A DNA stretch of 64,000 nucleotides, taken from assembly GCA_000091205.1 (NCBI GenBank), contig AP006498.2. One strand, written 5' to 3'. The position numbers were made by a program, and so were the translations under genes. The stretch comes from Cyanidioschyzon merolae. Its lineage: Eukaryota. Within the stretch, counting starts at the first letter, position 1, and each line of letters opens with the position of its first letter. Below the pieces are notes generated by a model. That model was not told where the DNA came from, ran no database searches, and worked only from the letters and a program-made list of their open reading frames with translations. Shown here in pieces: positions 11,790 through 22,083 of this stretch.

Positions 11790-12385
11790 CAGAACGAGTA
11801 CCGTGCTTTCGGCGGGATCGCTTATAGTCGTTCCCCTCAATTGTGGTCCATCTCCTGGGGCGTGTCGCTGTACGCTTTTTCGCGGCTCATAGCAGACGCG
11901 TTCGAAGTATACTGATTTTTAAAAAAATCTGAGGAAAAGTTATGGATAAGGTAGTCGAAGGATGCTGGGGGCCCGTCATCGACGAGTTCGATAAAAACGA
12001 AAAATCTTTTCCTCGTCGAGAATGGAGCGAAGAAGAGCAAGTGACGAAGAAGAAGATGACGATGAGAGATAGACGAGAAAAGGTTTTTGCCCAATGGGTC
12101 GATGACGAGACTGCAGTGACATAGAGCGCGCGAGTTCTAGCAATCCTTGTACTGGTCAGTTCCACCCGCGGCAAGACACGCATGGAGTTCGTGAACCGAG
12201 ACTTTGACGCCGTTACTCATATACGGATATGAGCGGTGCAGGAGAAGAGGCCCGAGAAGCTGACGAGAGCCAACTTCGTGGGGGAACCTCTCAAAGTTGA
12301 ATTGTATGAGGAGAAGTTGAAGCCAGTAGTAGCTGGCCGGTCAAAAAAGTCTGGCAGGCGTCTGCAGCTAGGTAGGTAACAAGTT
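11790..12385 (+). mobile_element. ~0.6 kb non-autonomous Fanzor/TnpB-derived element (family-2 copy)
   Basis: Left end is homologous to the long-copy left ends (catagcc ... ttcatttga block). It then jumps to the zinc-finger/RuvC-III coding region (EKSFPRREWSEEEQ ... KTRMEFVNRDFDAV ... ANFVGEPLKVELYEEKLKPVVAGRSKKSGRRL, with in-frame stops). It ends with the conserved caggcgtctgcag tail. Confidence 0.55.
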
Positions 12386-12798
12386 ACCTTACTATCGCGA
12401 AATGCTTTCGCTCCGCTGAGCCATGCAGTGCAGGCCTGTGCGATTCAATCACGGGCTTGGTGTACAATGTAGCTGAGCGATGCACGCTTGCAGGTATCGT
12501 GTCTTTTCGGTTTGCGGGCAAAGTCTTCTCGAGCGAGCGCGACTCGTTCGCGAAGAGCGCACAAAATGCACGCTCGTTTCCACAGCGGCCCGTCAGCAAA
12601 TGCAAGCACGAAAAAGAACAACGCTTACGCGAAGAGTGCCGCAAACTCATCTAGTTTCCGCAGCAGCCTGCCAACAAATCCCTGTACCTCCTTAGCGCAC
12701 AGAAGCCCGTAATTCGTGATTATTCGCACTGCAAGATGATTTGAATTGAGTCCGCATTCGCGACCGAGTTACGACTGCTGCCCGGTGACCAGTGCTCC

Positions 12799-13821
12799 CT
12801 ATTTGGAACCCAGTAATCGATGCAGGCGATCACGACAGGCATAAGGCGACCGCCCCGGCAGTGCAGCTGCGATTTTGTTCCAGTCTGGACCAATGCTTCG
12901 AAAGATTCGGAGCAGAAGGCGGTTCTCTTCTACGGTCCAGAGGCGCCGCGGCCGCGCCGGGACCGTGCCCATCGCGGCACGTTTTCGCTCAGCGCACTTT
13001 CTCCGCTGTTCCAGGTACTCCGCTGGTGGGCTCTGCGGTAACTCTACAATCCGCTGCAAACTAAAGATTTGTTCTAAAGCAGCGATCCAGCTGTACTGTA
13101 CTGAAGCCGGAGTTTTCGTCACAACCTTATCGAGGACCTTGAGCACCTCCGGGTATTTCCGTTGGCGCATGAGGATCCCGTGGATACGCGTGTGCGGTAT
13201 TAACCCCGAGTACACAGAGATAAGAAACCTTCGATCCCAAGTTTGAATGCTCTTCGCCGCTTGAACGTAGTCATCGAGTGTCCAGTCTAGAATACTGCGA
13301 AAAGTTTTGCGGTTTGTTAATCGTACGTTGACTCGAATGACTTCCTCCGCGTGCGCGATAGGTCGGAGAGCGTCCGCAGTTCTTGGAACCAGCGAAGCCT
13401 TAGGATCGCCCCGCACAAATCCCGGGCAAGTTGTGTTTACCAGAGCGGCGAGCGCACCTAGCGGTGCCGTCGCAGGAGCACCCGCGGCTCCCGCGGTCGA
13501 AACGCTCTCCGAGGACGCCGCTGGTACCGGGTGCTCCGTACCCGCTTTCTCATGCGCGCTGCTATCGGTAGCTTGCGAGTTGGTAAGATGCTGTATTGGT
13601 TCAGTTTCCTTTTCGATATAAGAGCTTGGTTCCTCTGTCTCGGTAACTGCCGGAAGGAGGTCTTTCTGCAGCCAGGCAACGATGTCGTCTATCGCTGCTT
13701 CCGTTGGAGCTGTCGAGTCACTGGCGGCTGTGACGTGTGATCGTGCCCTCGAAGGTACCGCATAACCAAGAACTGCTCTCACGGTGCCACAAATCCTCGT
13801 GGCATGCGCCCGTCGGAGCAT
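12799..13821 (-). CDS. SANT/Myb-domain protein with an S/A-rich N-terminus
   Basis: C-terminal WTVEENRLLLRIFRSIGPDWNKIAAALPGRSPYACRDRLHRLL is a canonical Myb/SANT repeat. The rest has no recognised domain. Start set at the first ATG (MLRRAH). Confidence 0.45.
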   Translation of the reverse strand: MLRRAHATRICGTVRAVLGYAVPSRARSHVTAASDSTAPTEAAIDDIVAWLQKDLLPAVTETEEPSSYIEKETEPIQHLTNSQATDSSAHEKAGTEHPVPAASSESVSTAGAAGAPATAPLGALAALVNTTCPGFVRGDPKASLVPRTADALRPIAHAEEVIRVNVRLTNRKTFRSILDWTLDDYVQAAKSIQTWDRRFLISVYSGLIPHTRIHGILMRQRKYPEVLKVLDKVVTKTPASVQYSWIAALEQIFSLQRIVELPQSPPAEYLEQRRKCAERKRAAMGTVPARPRRLWTVEENRLLLRIFRSIGPDWNKIAAALPGRSPYACRDRLHRLLGSK

Positions 13822-13963
13822 GCTTTCCCCGCGGAACGTCTTCGTCAAGCATGTTGTGCGTCACAGACGTCACTGTGCTGCGTTGACCTGGCGCGCCGAC
13901 GCACACTCCGCCAGCCTAGGCGTTTCGCACAGGTCCCGATACCTGGGTGCTTGCTTTACGCAA

Positions 13964-14638
13964 ATGATGTTGTTTGTGTCGCTTCCATGGCCTCGGAACA
14001 AATCACAAGCACAGACCAGAGCGCTTCGTCGGATATTCATATTGAAACCTCGACATAACAGGCTCTTTTGTACAGTGCGAGAACCAGCCTGGGCGCAGAC
14101 GAGGCGAGCGTTTCTCCGTACCCTTGGGACACTGAGCGGTGGACTGCTGCTCAGCAGCTTGCTCTCGCTTCGTGCGCCAGCCGCGGTAGAGGCTTTGCAG
14201 GGAGTCAATCGCCCAGACCTCCTGCCTTCTGGTCCGGTTCAGAAGCTAATTGACCGGGAGCGTTTCCTGGTCAGCGGCCAGCGCCGTAGGTTGCAACGCG
14301 AAATCGACGCTCTAGAGGAAGCGTGCGGAGTCAAGTTTCGAATACTCACGCAGCGCTACCCTGAGACACCTGGTTTAGCCATCAAAGACTACTGGGGTGT
14401 TGACGCGAACACTGTGGTCATGGTGGTGGACTATTTCGGCGGCGTCGGAAACGTGCTCAAGTTCAACATCGGGGCGAATGTGGACAAAAGCATTTCCCCG
14501 CGTTTCTGGAGTCGAATATCCAGTAAATATGGGAACAAGTTCTATTTAGAAGAGAATGGGATAGATCAGGCGATTCTGAGTGCTTTCGAGGAAGCAGCGG
14601 AAGAAATCAGATCGACCTGCAAAGACGCTATGATTTAG
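13964..14638 (+). CDS. TPM-domain (TLP18.3/Psb32-like, DUF477) protein with a twin-arginine-type targeting motif
   Basis: The TPM-domain pattern runs from LIDRERFLVSGQRRRLQREIDALEEACGVKFRILTQ to VVMVVDYFGGVGNVLKFNIG. It is preceded by TRRAFLRTLGTLSGGLLLSSLLSLRAPAAVEA (an RRxFL Tat motif plus hydrophobic core and AxA cleavage site). Start set at MMLFVSL; the upstream listed part overlaps the divergent Myb gene. Confidence 0.5.
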   Translation: MMLFVSLPWPRNKSQAQTRALRRIFILKPRHNRLFCTVREPAWAQTRRAFLRTLGTLSGGLLLSSLLSLRAPAAVEALQGVNRPDLLPSGPVQKLIDRERFLVSGQRRRLQREIDALEEACGVKFRILTQRYPETPGLAIKDYWGVDANTVVMVVDYFGGVGNVLKFNIGANVDKSISPRFWSRISSKYGNKFYLEENGIDQAILSAFEEAAEEIRSTCKDAMI

Positions 14639-15758
14639 GTAGGAGACTTTTCTCTGCGAATATTCTGCGGATGCAGCATATCCTATAACCGCTGCCTAGG
14701 TGTCCAGTCACTGGCCTCCAGAGCGTAGTATTTCTTGCTTTTGTTCCTGCATGCTTTCAGGAAGCAATGTCCGGTTCTTGTTCAGAAATGAAGGCAGTTC
14801 CCGGTCGAGTCGCAAACATTTCCCCACGCGTTCTGCACTGCTCTTGCGATGCGAAACGCGCCCCTATTACAGACTGATTCACAGCCTTGGTATATACAGG
14901 ATCAGCGGGATGGCTTGTGCGGCAATACGACTGCGTAAGATGCACACTCTGGATGCCGTTGATTCGTGGATATCGCTCCCAAGACACCAATGGACAATGC
15001 CGCTAGCCGCTCACCGTCACTAAACGTTGAGCGGAGCAGTGCTGCAAACGAGGCGAACAGTTTCCCGCGCGGCGAGTCGTGGCGAAGGACACACAAGGCC
15101 TGTTGCGGGTTCAGCGAAGACACAATCCCTGCCTGTCACGAAACTGTACTGAACAGACCGGTAACAATGTAATAGCGCGTCTAGGAGCACTGCCGAGTCG
15201 TGTGAAAACGAGGACGATGAAAGTCCTTTGCGGAAGGAGCGGCCCGCCGGTCCGACCCTGTCGAAAATCTGAAACAACTTCTGAGGCTTACGCATCAACC
15301 ACCGCGAATCGTGTCAGTCTCGAAAACAGATCGGAGTGATTTTTGGAATCATTTAATTGTCGTTCAAAGCTCACTATTGTCTGGAAGTGCATACGTTACT
15401 ATCAACCACTGAATCTGGTCATAAAAACAGCCCAGAGCGCGACGTCGCCACGCCAGCCCTTTTTGCGTGCACTGAAACGAGGTACCGCGTTCTACCAACC
15501 GGTGTCGTTTTTAACAAGGCAGGATTATTGTGTCTAGTATGGCGCTCCTACAACCACAGACGCCGCTATTGACCGGGTCATCAACCTGACGTTCTCTGCA
15601 AGGCATTCCAGGTACCGCCACGCCCCGATGAAAGTTTCGTACGGGTGTGGGCGTTGCGCGCCTCCGGGGTCCGCGCCACCTGCCTCCTCAGCCTGTCGCT
15701 TGTATCGAGTACAGCCGGTTCGCGACGCGTTTCCAAAGCCACGAAAGCCCACGGTCGG

Positions 15759-16598
15759 ATGCGAACCCTAAGTGCATTTTGTGGTCCATTCGTCGCACGC
15801 CGCTGTTGGAGATGCTCAAAAATAAGCTTGCGCAGTGTCAACAGTGGAAGAAACAGGCAACTATGGTTGTCTCCAGGTAGAGGCGGGCACTCGCGCGCAT
15901 CGCTCCTTCTATGCATGAACGGTGAGGGCGCAGCCAGTGCTGCGCCAAGGGCCACTCGTACACCACCAGCAAGCTCTCGGACAGCGCAAGTGCACCGAGT
16001 GACCAGAGAAACCGACGTTCGCGTCTGGCTAAACATTGACGGCACCGGCGAGTGTCGCGTGCGGACTGGGATCCCGTTTCTGGACCATATGCTGCACCAG
16101 ATTAGCGCACACGGTCTCATTGATTTAGATATTCAAGCCAGCGGCGACTATGAAATCGATGACCACCACACGAACGAGGACGTGGGTATCGCACTGGGGC
16201 TGGCGCTGGCGCAGGCGCTCGGCGACAAACGAGGTATCCAACGGTTTGGTCACTTTCTGGCACCCCTGGATGAGGCGCTCGTTCAAGTGGCCATGGATTT
16301 CTCGGGTCGAGGTTATTTGGACTATGGGCTAGTAATGCCGACGGAGCGCGTCGGTACGTACGACACGCAACTGGTTCGAGAATTTTTCATGGCCCTTGCG
16401 AGCAACGCCCAAATGACGTTGCACATTCGCCAGCTCGCGGGTCTGAACTCCCACCACATCATTGAGGCAAGTTTCAAAGCATTTGCAAGAGCTCTCAGGA
16501 TGGCATGTGAGATCGACTCCCGCCGACAGGGAGAAATCCCAAGCAGCAAGGGAGCGTTAACCGATCAGCAAGCGCTCCGCAATGCCCGCGGCACGTGA
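15759..16598 (+). CDS. HIS3: imidazoleglycerol-phosphate dehydratase
   Basis: IGPD core [16 protein letters not shown] ... [24 protein letters not shown] ... [27 protein letters not shown] ... [15 protein letters not shown] (the two metal-binding D/H motifs). Start set at the first ATG (MRTLSAF), which gives an R/S-rich ~50 aa presequence. The track ORF starts at GTG 15645. Confidence 0.85.
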   Translation: MRTLSAFCGPFVARRCWRCSKISLRSVNSGRNRQLWLSPGRGGHSRASLLLCMNGEGAASAAPRATRTPPASSRTAQVHRVTRETDVRVWLNIDGTGECRVRTGIPFLDHMLHQISAHGLIDLDIQASGDYEIDDHHTNEDVGIALGLALAQALGDKRGIQRFGHFLAPLDEALVQVAMDFSGRGYLDYGLVMPTERVGTYDTQLVREFFMALASNAQMTLHIRQLAGLNSHHIIEASFKAFARALRMACEIDSRRQGEIPSSKGALTDQQALRNARGT

Positions 16599-17311
16599 TG
16601 GAGGTTGCGAGACGAGCCACGCGAAACGACGAAGACACGGGTGCTGGGGTGCCTTGTGCACCAGCACGACACGCGCACTGCCTTGGATATGCATTAGCGT
16701 TGATCTATGGATATCGCTCTGGAAACTGAATAGGCTTTCGGAGATCTACGCACGCGCGCGCTTGCACCTGCTGGCTGGCGAGGCGTCTCCGAAACCACCT
16801 GCCGAACAGTCGCGTGCGAGACGCTCGCCTAAACCAAACGAGCAGCAGTGCGCGAGCGAGAATGGTGCCAGGGTACGGGTGTTGGTACGCAATCCGAGGA
16901 GCAGGCCAACTTGGCATCGCCGCAGAAACGGAGCAAGGCGGTGCGCATGTGGACACGTGTCCCGTCGCGAGCAATGCTGCAATGCGTGCGCCGCGCTTCG
17001 TCTCTGCATCTATGTTTTCGGGTCTTGAACGGCAGCGGTACTTTGGTGTGTATTTGTGCTCGTAGACAATGTCGGACAACGGTTGGTGTTCTAGACGCGT
17101 CATCGCTACGTTTCGGTACGCAGTGCAACGGATTCCGAGCATGGGGCTGCATCAGTGCGGATACCTGGTGATCATGTTGCAGGCAGACAGGGCCGCATCT
17201 CGATGGGATGCGCTCTTTCGTGAACAGTGCACAACGCTTTATGTGGCTATCATAGCGGCCTGGGACGTTGTCGCGCTACCACAAAAGCGGAAACGGCGTT
17301 GTCCTCCTTGG

Positions 17312-19597
17312 TTAACTGGCGAGACGTTGGCCAAAGCGACGCAACGCCTCTGCGCCGCGCACCTCTTGAGGCTCCAGCGGCAGCACGACGAGCCGCATAT
17401 CTCGCGCGTAGAGTTCGTCGATCTCTCGCAGATACTTTTGCTGCATGCCAATTCGCGCGCATACCATATCGATGCGTTCGGCTTCAGTGGCGCTCGGAGG
17501 AAAGAGCTGGTTCACGACGATGTTGTGCGCGTCGATGTCGTGCTCTGCCAGGTCCTGAATCAAGCGCTCGGTCTCGTAGACAGAGAGAAACTCAGCGATG
17601 CAGACACATATAAAAGTGGTTCGCTCGGGGTCCTGGAACTGCTTCACAACGCGCAGAATGGTTTCTTGCATGTTTGACAGTCGCTCGGCGATCTCCTCGT
17701 CGGGTCTTCGACCACCGCCCACGCCGAGGCCGGAGCTCTCCGCGAGACTCGAGGCCATCGAGAGCGCACCCGCGAATCTCTGGCGCATTTCTTCTAGTTT
17801 TTGGAGGCCTTTCTGCAGCAGGGCAGGGAAGGAGAGCAAACGCAGCGTGTGCCCTGTCGGTGCCGTGTCCAGTACGATGACATCGTAGTCGAGTCCCTGA
17901 ATGCGCTGCATAAGGCGGGTGAATGCAATCGCATCATCCAGGCCTGGAACAGCCTGGAGCAGGTCACGAATAATGTCGGACGGTGACGCCCCAAGCATCA
18001 TGGCGGCCAGCGCAGTTCGGGGATCGTTTGCGTTCGTGGCACCGGCAGCCAAATCACTAAGATTCGTATCTTGCACAGCGTTCCCAATATCCTGCAGGAA
18101 ATGCGCAGTATCGACTTCCAAGACATCTAGGATGCCAGGGCCTCCAATGCCATGAACGCGCACTGGGCGCATCACCTCGTCGATATCGTTGACGCTCAGA
18201 GACTGGGTGTTCGAAAGCGACACGGTAAAGTTTTGGCCAAACGCGTCACTCAGACTATGTGCGGGATCGGTAGATACCAAAAGCACCCTCCGCTGACGTC
18301 GAGTATCCTCTGCCAACTGAATTGCAAGCGCTGAAGTCGTTGTGGTTTTCCCGACATTGCCCTTGCCGCTGGCAATAATGAGCTCGAGGCTGCGTGCCTC
18401 AAGGACGTTGCGCAGCGTGGGTTCAAACGGCGAGTTTTGTGCCGGTTCCAGCGGCCGAATGCCACTATCTACGAGCAGTCGTTTGCCAAAAGCGCGAAGA
18501 TCGTCGACACCGCGCACCTCATTCCGCAGCATCGGCACCCTAGTTATGTGAAAATCCTCCGCGTACAAATCTTCGATCTGCTGCAAATACTTGGACTGGA
18601 TCTCAACTCGGGATTGGAAGAGGGTCAGAGCGCTCCAACCACAGGGCTCTTGCGGCAGACACACAGGCAAGTACTTTGGCGGCATTTGCGGCACATGGCT
18701 CGGCAGATCCGCGACCCACAACACCTGGTTGATCACTAGGTTTGAGCATGTCATTCGCATTCGCCGCAACTCCCGCAAAAGCCGATCTGTCTCATACAGT
18801 GACAGGAACTCGGGCATACACACACAAACGAAGGCCGTCTTTGAGGGATCCCGAAACTGCGCATCCACTCTGCGGACAATGCTGAGCAACTCCTCGATTT
18901 TGCCCACGATCTCCTCGTCGAATGCATTAGCTGTGGCGCCCATGTCCGGCGTGCCGCTCATGCGTAACATCGACGACGCCATGTTGAGCATTGGCGCAAG
19001 GCGAGAGCGCAGATCCAACAGGCGACTCAAGCCCTTTTCTAATACGGCGGGAAAAGAGAGGAGCTTTAGGGCATGCCCCGTCGGTGCCATGTCGAATATG
19101 ATCAAATCGAACGTCATTTCCTGCACAGACTTCATCATCTGCCCAAATGATAACGCTTCATCTATGCCAGGCACCGAGGAGATCAGTTCCGAGACCAGGC
19201 TGCTCAGACCGAACGGGTCATCCTCGACGCCGGGGAGCGCCGCACGCGCGCCTTCCTCGCCATCGGCCGCAACGCCGCCAAAGCCGTTTCCCAGCAGGGC
19301 GCGTCCGAGATCCGTCTCCGCGAAGTCGCGCTCTGGGTCGATTTCCATAGCGTAGAGGTTGGGATAACCTCGTACTGGAAGCGGATCTCGAGCGAACCTT
19401 TGTCCGAACGCATCACTCACGTTATGGGCCGGGTCTGTGGATATCACGAGAACGCGTTGGTTCGGCCTCCGTAACGCGGCCTGAATACCTGTCGCACAGG
19501 CACAAGTTGTTTTCCCTTGGCCTCCTTTTGCTGTAAAAGCTATCCATTGCAGAGTCTCAGAGCTGAGAAGGTTTGAAAGCCCTTCGCCGAAAGTCAT
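17312..19597 (-). CDS. ARSA: two-domain (tandem) ArsA/GET3-type P-loop ATPase
   Basis: Two full ArsA halves. Each has a deviant Walker A (KGGQGKTTCA; GKGNVGKTTT) and the Get3/ArsA signature (DMAPTGHALKLLSFP; DTAPTGHTLRLLSFP). First ATG is at MTFGEGLSN (nt 19597). The 63-aa N-terminal extension in the track starts at GTG and is not supported. Confidence 0.85.
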   Translation of the reverse strand: MTFGEGLSNLLSSETLQWIAFTAKGGQGKTTCACATGIQAALRRPNQRVLVISTDPAHNVSDAFGQRFARDPLPVRGYPNLYAMEIDPERDFAETDLGRALLGNGFGGVAADGEEGARAALPGVEDDPFGLSSLVSELISSVPGIDEALSFGQMMKSVQEMTFDLIIFDMAPTGHALKLLSFPAVLEKGLSRLLDLRSRLAPMLNMASSMLRMSGTPDMGATANAFDEEIVGKIEELLSIVRRVDAQFRDPSKTAFVCVCMPEFLSLYETDRLLRELRRMRMTCSNLVINQVLWVADLPSHVPQMPPKYLPVCLPQEPCGWSALTLFQSRVEIQSKYLQQIEDLYAEDFHITRVPMLRNEVRGVDDLRAFGKRLLVDSGIRPLEPAQNSPFEPTLRNVLEARSLELIIASGKGNVGKTTTTSALAIQLAEDTRRQRRVLLVSTDPAHSLSDAFGQNFTVSLSNTQSLSVNDIDEVMRPVRVHGIGGPGILDVLEVDTAHFLQDIGNAVQDTNLSDLAAGATNANDPRTALAAMMLGASPSDIIRDLLQAVPGLDDAIAFTRLMQRIQGLDYDVIVLDTAPTGHTLRLLSFPALLQKGLQKLEEMRQRFAGALSMASSLAESSGLGVGGGRRPDEEIAERLSNMQETILRVVKQFQDPERTTFICVCIAEFLSVYETERLIQDLAEHDIDAHNIVVNQLFPPSATEAERIDMVCARIGMQQKYLREIDELYARDMRLVVLPLEPQEVRGAEALRRFGQRLAS

Positions 19598-22083
19598 AAC
19601 GCGGAGTCTCCGCTGGCGTTGCAAAGAGCATCGAATGGCGGATGCAGTGCGCACGCGGGACTGCCTCGATGGCTGGTGCTGCGACGTTGCGGCGTATCGC
19701 ACGTTCGCCACTGGGCTGGTGCCAGGCCGCCAAGCTCCAATACATGACGCACAGTGCAACGAACTCTGAAATACGTGAACCAGCACGTATTTTTGGTTTT
19801 TGTTTGTTTTTCTCTCAGATATCGCATAAAATGAACGTGTTCTATAGAGTGGAGAGCGATCGGGGACAGACTTGTTGTTGCGAAGCGAAAAACGGTCTTA
19901 CTTGTACAAGCCAGACATTCCTCTGTCAGCAGCTGGATGGAGCACCTTTCTGGTAGCCCGTACCCTGAACGTCGAACACCCAGCGCATAACTTGGCAGAA
20001 GGTACGACTGCCCCCTGGTCCATCCATTCGGCTGGATACGTCCTCTATGAAATACTGCCGATGATCGTGCCGATTGTGACGTTTCCGTACCGCTGATACG
20101 AACGATGATGAAGAGACGAGCATGACCACAGAGAAGAGTGCGCTCGTATCGGAGACCGTCACACGTTGCGTAGCGCTCTATTCGTTTCATACTGATACGT
20201 GAACGATTATTACACAAGCGACAGGTGTGCGTCTCACTTGATGAGACTTCTTTCGGGAGAGATGATGGGCCTGTATGTGGGTGCGTCAAGAGCGCTGATC
20301 CACTGCTGTTCGTCGAGACACAAGACAATGGAGCATTGCGCCAGCATCAGCCCTAGCCGCAAATCCATGGAATGGTCCATGATAAATCGTCAGTAGGATA
20401 GAATCGTTCAATATCTCACCAAATGTCCAATCGCGCTTCGTAGTTATTCCTTCCCGAATGCTCCCGTCCTGCACCTTGACCATGCTGCTTTCCATTTCCC
20501 GAAAGAGGTCACGAGGAATGCAGCTGAGATCGAGCTCGAGCTGCTATTCGTACCAGCTTATGAAACTTGGTCGACCTAGTCGCAAGCGTCTTTTTTATTG
20601 CAATACGCCGTGTCGATGCCCAAAGATCCATGGACGAGTCCTTCGCAACCCATGACGCTGAAGTTCTTGGACAAATCGTTCGCCACCCTCAGCTGCCCTG
20701 AAATGCCGTGTTGCTCGTTTGCTCGTGTGCTGGAGAGAGTGAAAAGGTGCGCACTGTTCTGTGGGCGTGCTCGCAACCGAGGGGATGACGAAGGCTTTGT
20801 CAAGGATTCGCAGGTACGTGCGTAGGGAGCGGCAACTCAAGTCCCCCGGTGTCGTGAGCGCACCTGAATGCCGAGGAACCAGAACGGATATCGAAAATGG
20901 CGACCATATTCTTGTCAAACTGCCAGGTGAAGGGAAAGATAAATAAATCGCCAGACAATGACCTGGGAGATACCGCGGCGAGAGCGAGTTCCGAAGTTGT
21001 GTCGCAACCGGCGCGAGCGTCGCTTAAACCCGTCCCAGCTCATCGCACAGCTCTGGGCAACGGACCGACGGGTTTCGTATCTAGTGAATAGTTGGAGACC
21101 GCCCTCAATAAATGTCCGGAACGACTGTGATGTTCCATGATTGGATGTTCCTGCGTATACATCCGATGCGGTACAGCCGTTCGGTACATGGAATGGGGCG
21201 CGCTGCACGTGCCCCTGATCAGTGCTGGTGCGCTGGGGCGCAGCCTGCGACGCACCGGCACATCGCGCGCTGCGCCAACGCAAGACACGTGGCTAGTCGG
21301 GCAGGCCGCCGCTGGACGCATTCGCGTTTCGCATTCAGGCGAGGGATTGCCGCTGCACGGCCATGTCCAGCCTGAATTGCTGAAACCCGTTTGCAATCCG
21401 GATCTGCTGGAAACGGTTGCTGGTAACCAAAGGTATAATCGCTTTTAGAAGACACCGGGGCAGTACGGTTCCGCAGATGATACATGCGCGAGCGGAACCG
21501 AGCAGGATACAGAGCATCTTGTCGGCGCCAGGGCAAGGCTTGGGCAGACGACCCGTCCAAAAAAAGAGGTCACCGCGGACCGTGCCGAAAGGAACCTTTG
21601 CCCTGCCGCCGTGAATGCGGCTTCCGCCCCGCTGCCCAGCTGTGCACGCTTTACTCGAAAGCGCCACGAAATATGAACAACGACACCTTTGATATGAACT
21701 GCGAGGATGCATTCGCCGCTCAGATGCAGCGCTTCGCGATGAACCATGCGTGTCCGCGTCTGGCATCAGCGCCCGCTGAACATGCCCCGGACACGTGTAC
21801 CTTGACGTATGCAGCATGCATCACGAATGCGTGCAGCAGCATGCATCGAAAGCGGTTCATGCATGCGAGAAAAAATTCTGGAGCATTATTTGGCGGGATT
21901 TTCTCAGTCTTTACGACGCTCTTGTTGTAAGGAGCACTGTTACTGGATTCATAAGCATCCTTCTAAAATCGAAGGCATCGACTCGCTCACTTCCGTCCAC
22001 AATAGCCGCTGATTCAGGGCGATAGGATCCGTTTGGATCCAGCGAGTGGCACTGCAGCTGCTCGACGACCTGCGAGTCGGGAG

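Noticed and set aside
15581-16120. 179-aa minus-strand ORF overlapping the IGPD gene
   Set aside because: Antisense to a highly conserved enzyme-coding region. Typical spurious long ORF of high-GC DNA.
17312-19786. N-terminal 63-aa presequence on the ArsA ORF (initially read as a transit peptide)
   Set aside because: The extension begins at GTG and contains no ATG. The first ATG coincides with the conserved GET3 N-terminus, so the extension is an ORF-caller artefact.
19594-20328. 244-aa minus-strand ORF upstream of and overlapping the ArsA start
   Set aside because: It starts from a non-ATG codon, has no domain signal, and overlaps the real ArsA N-terminus in another frame.
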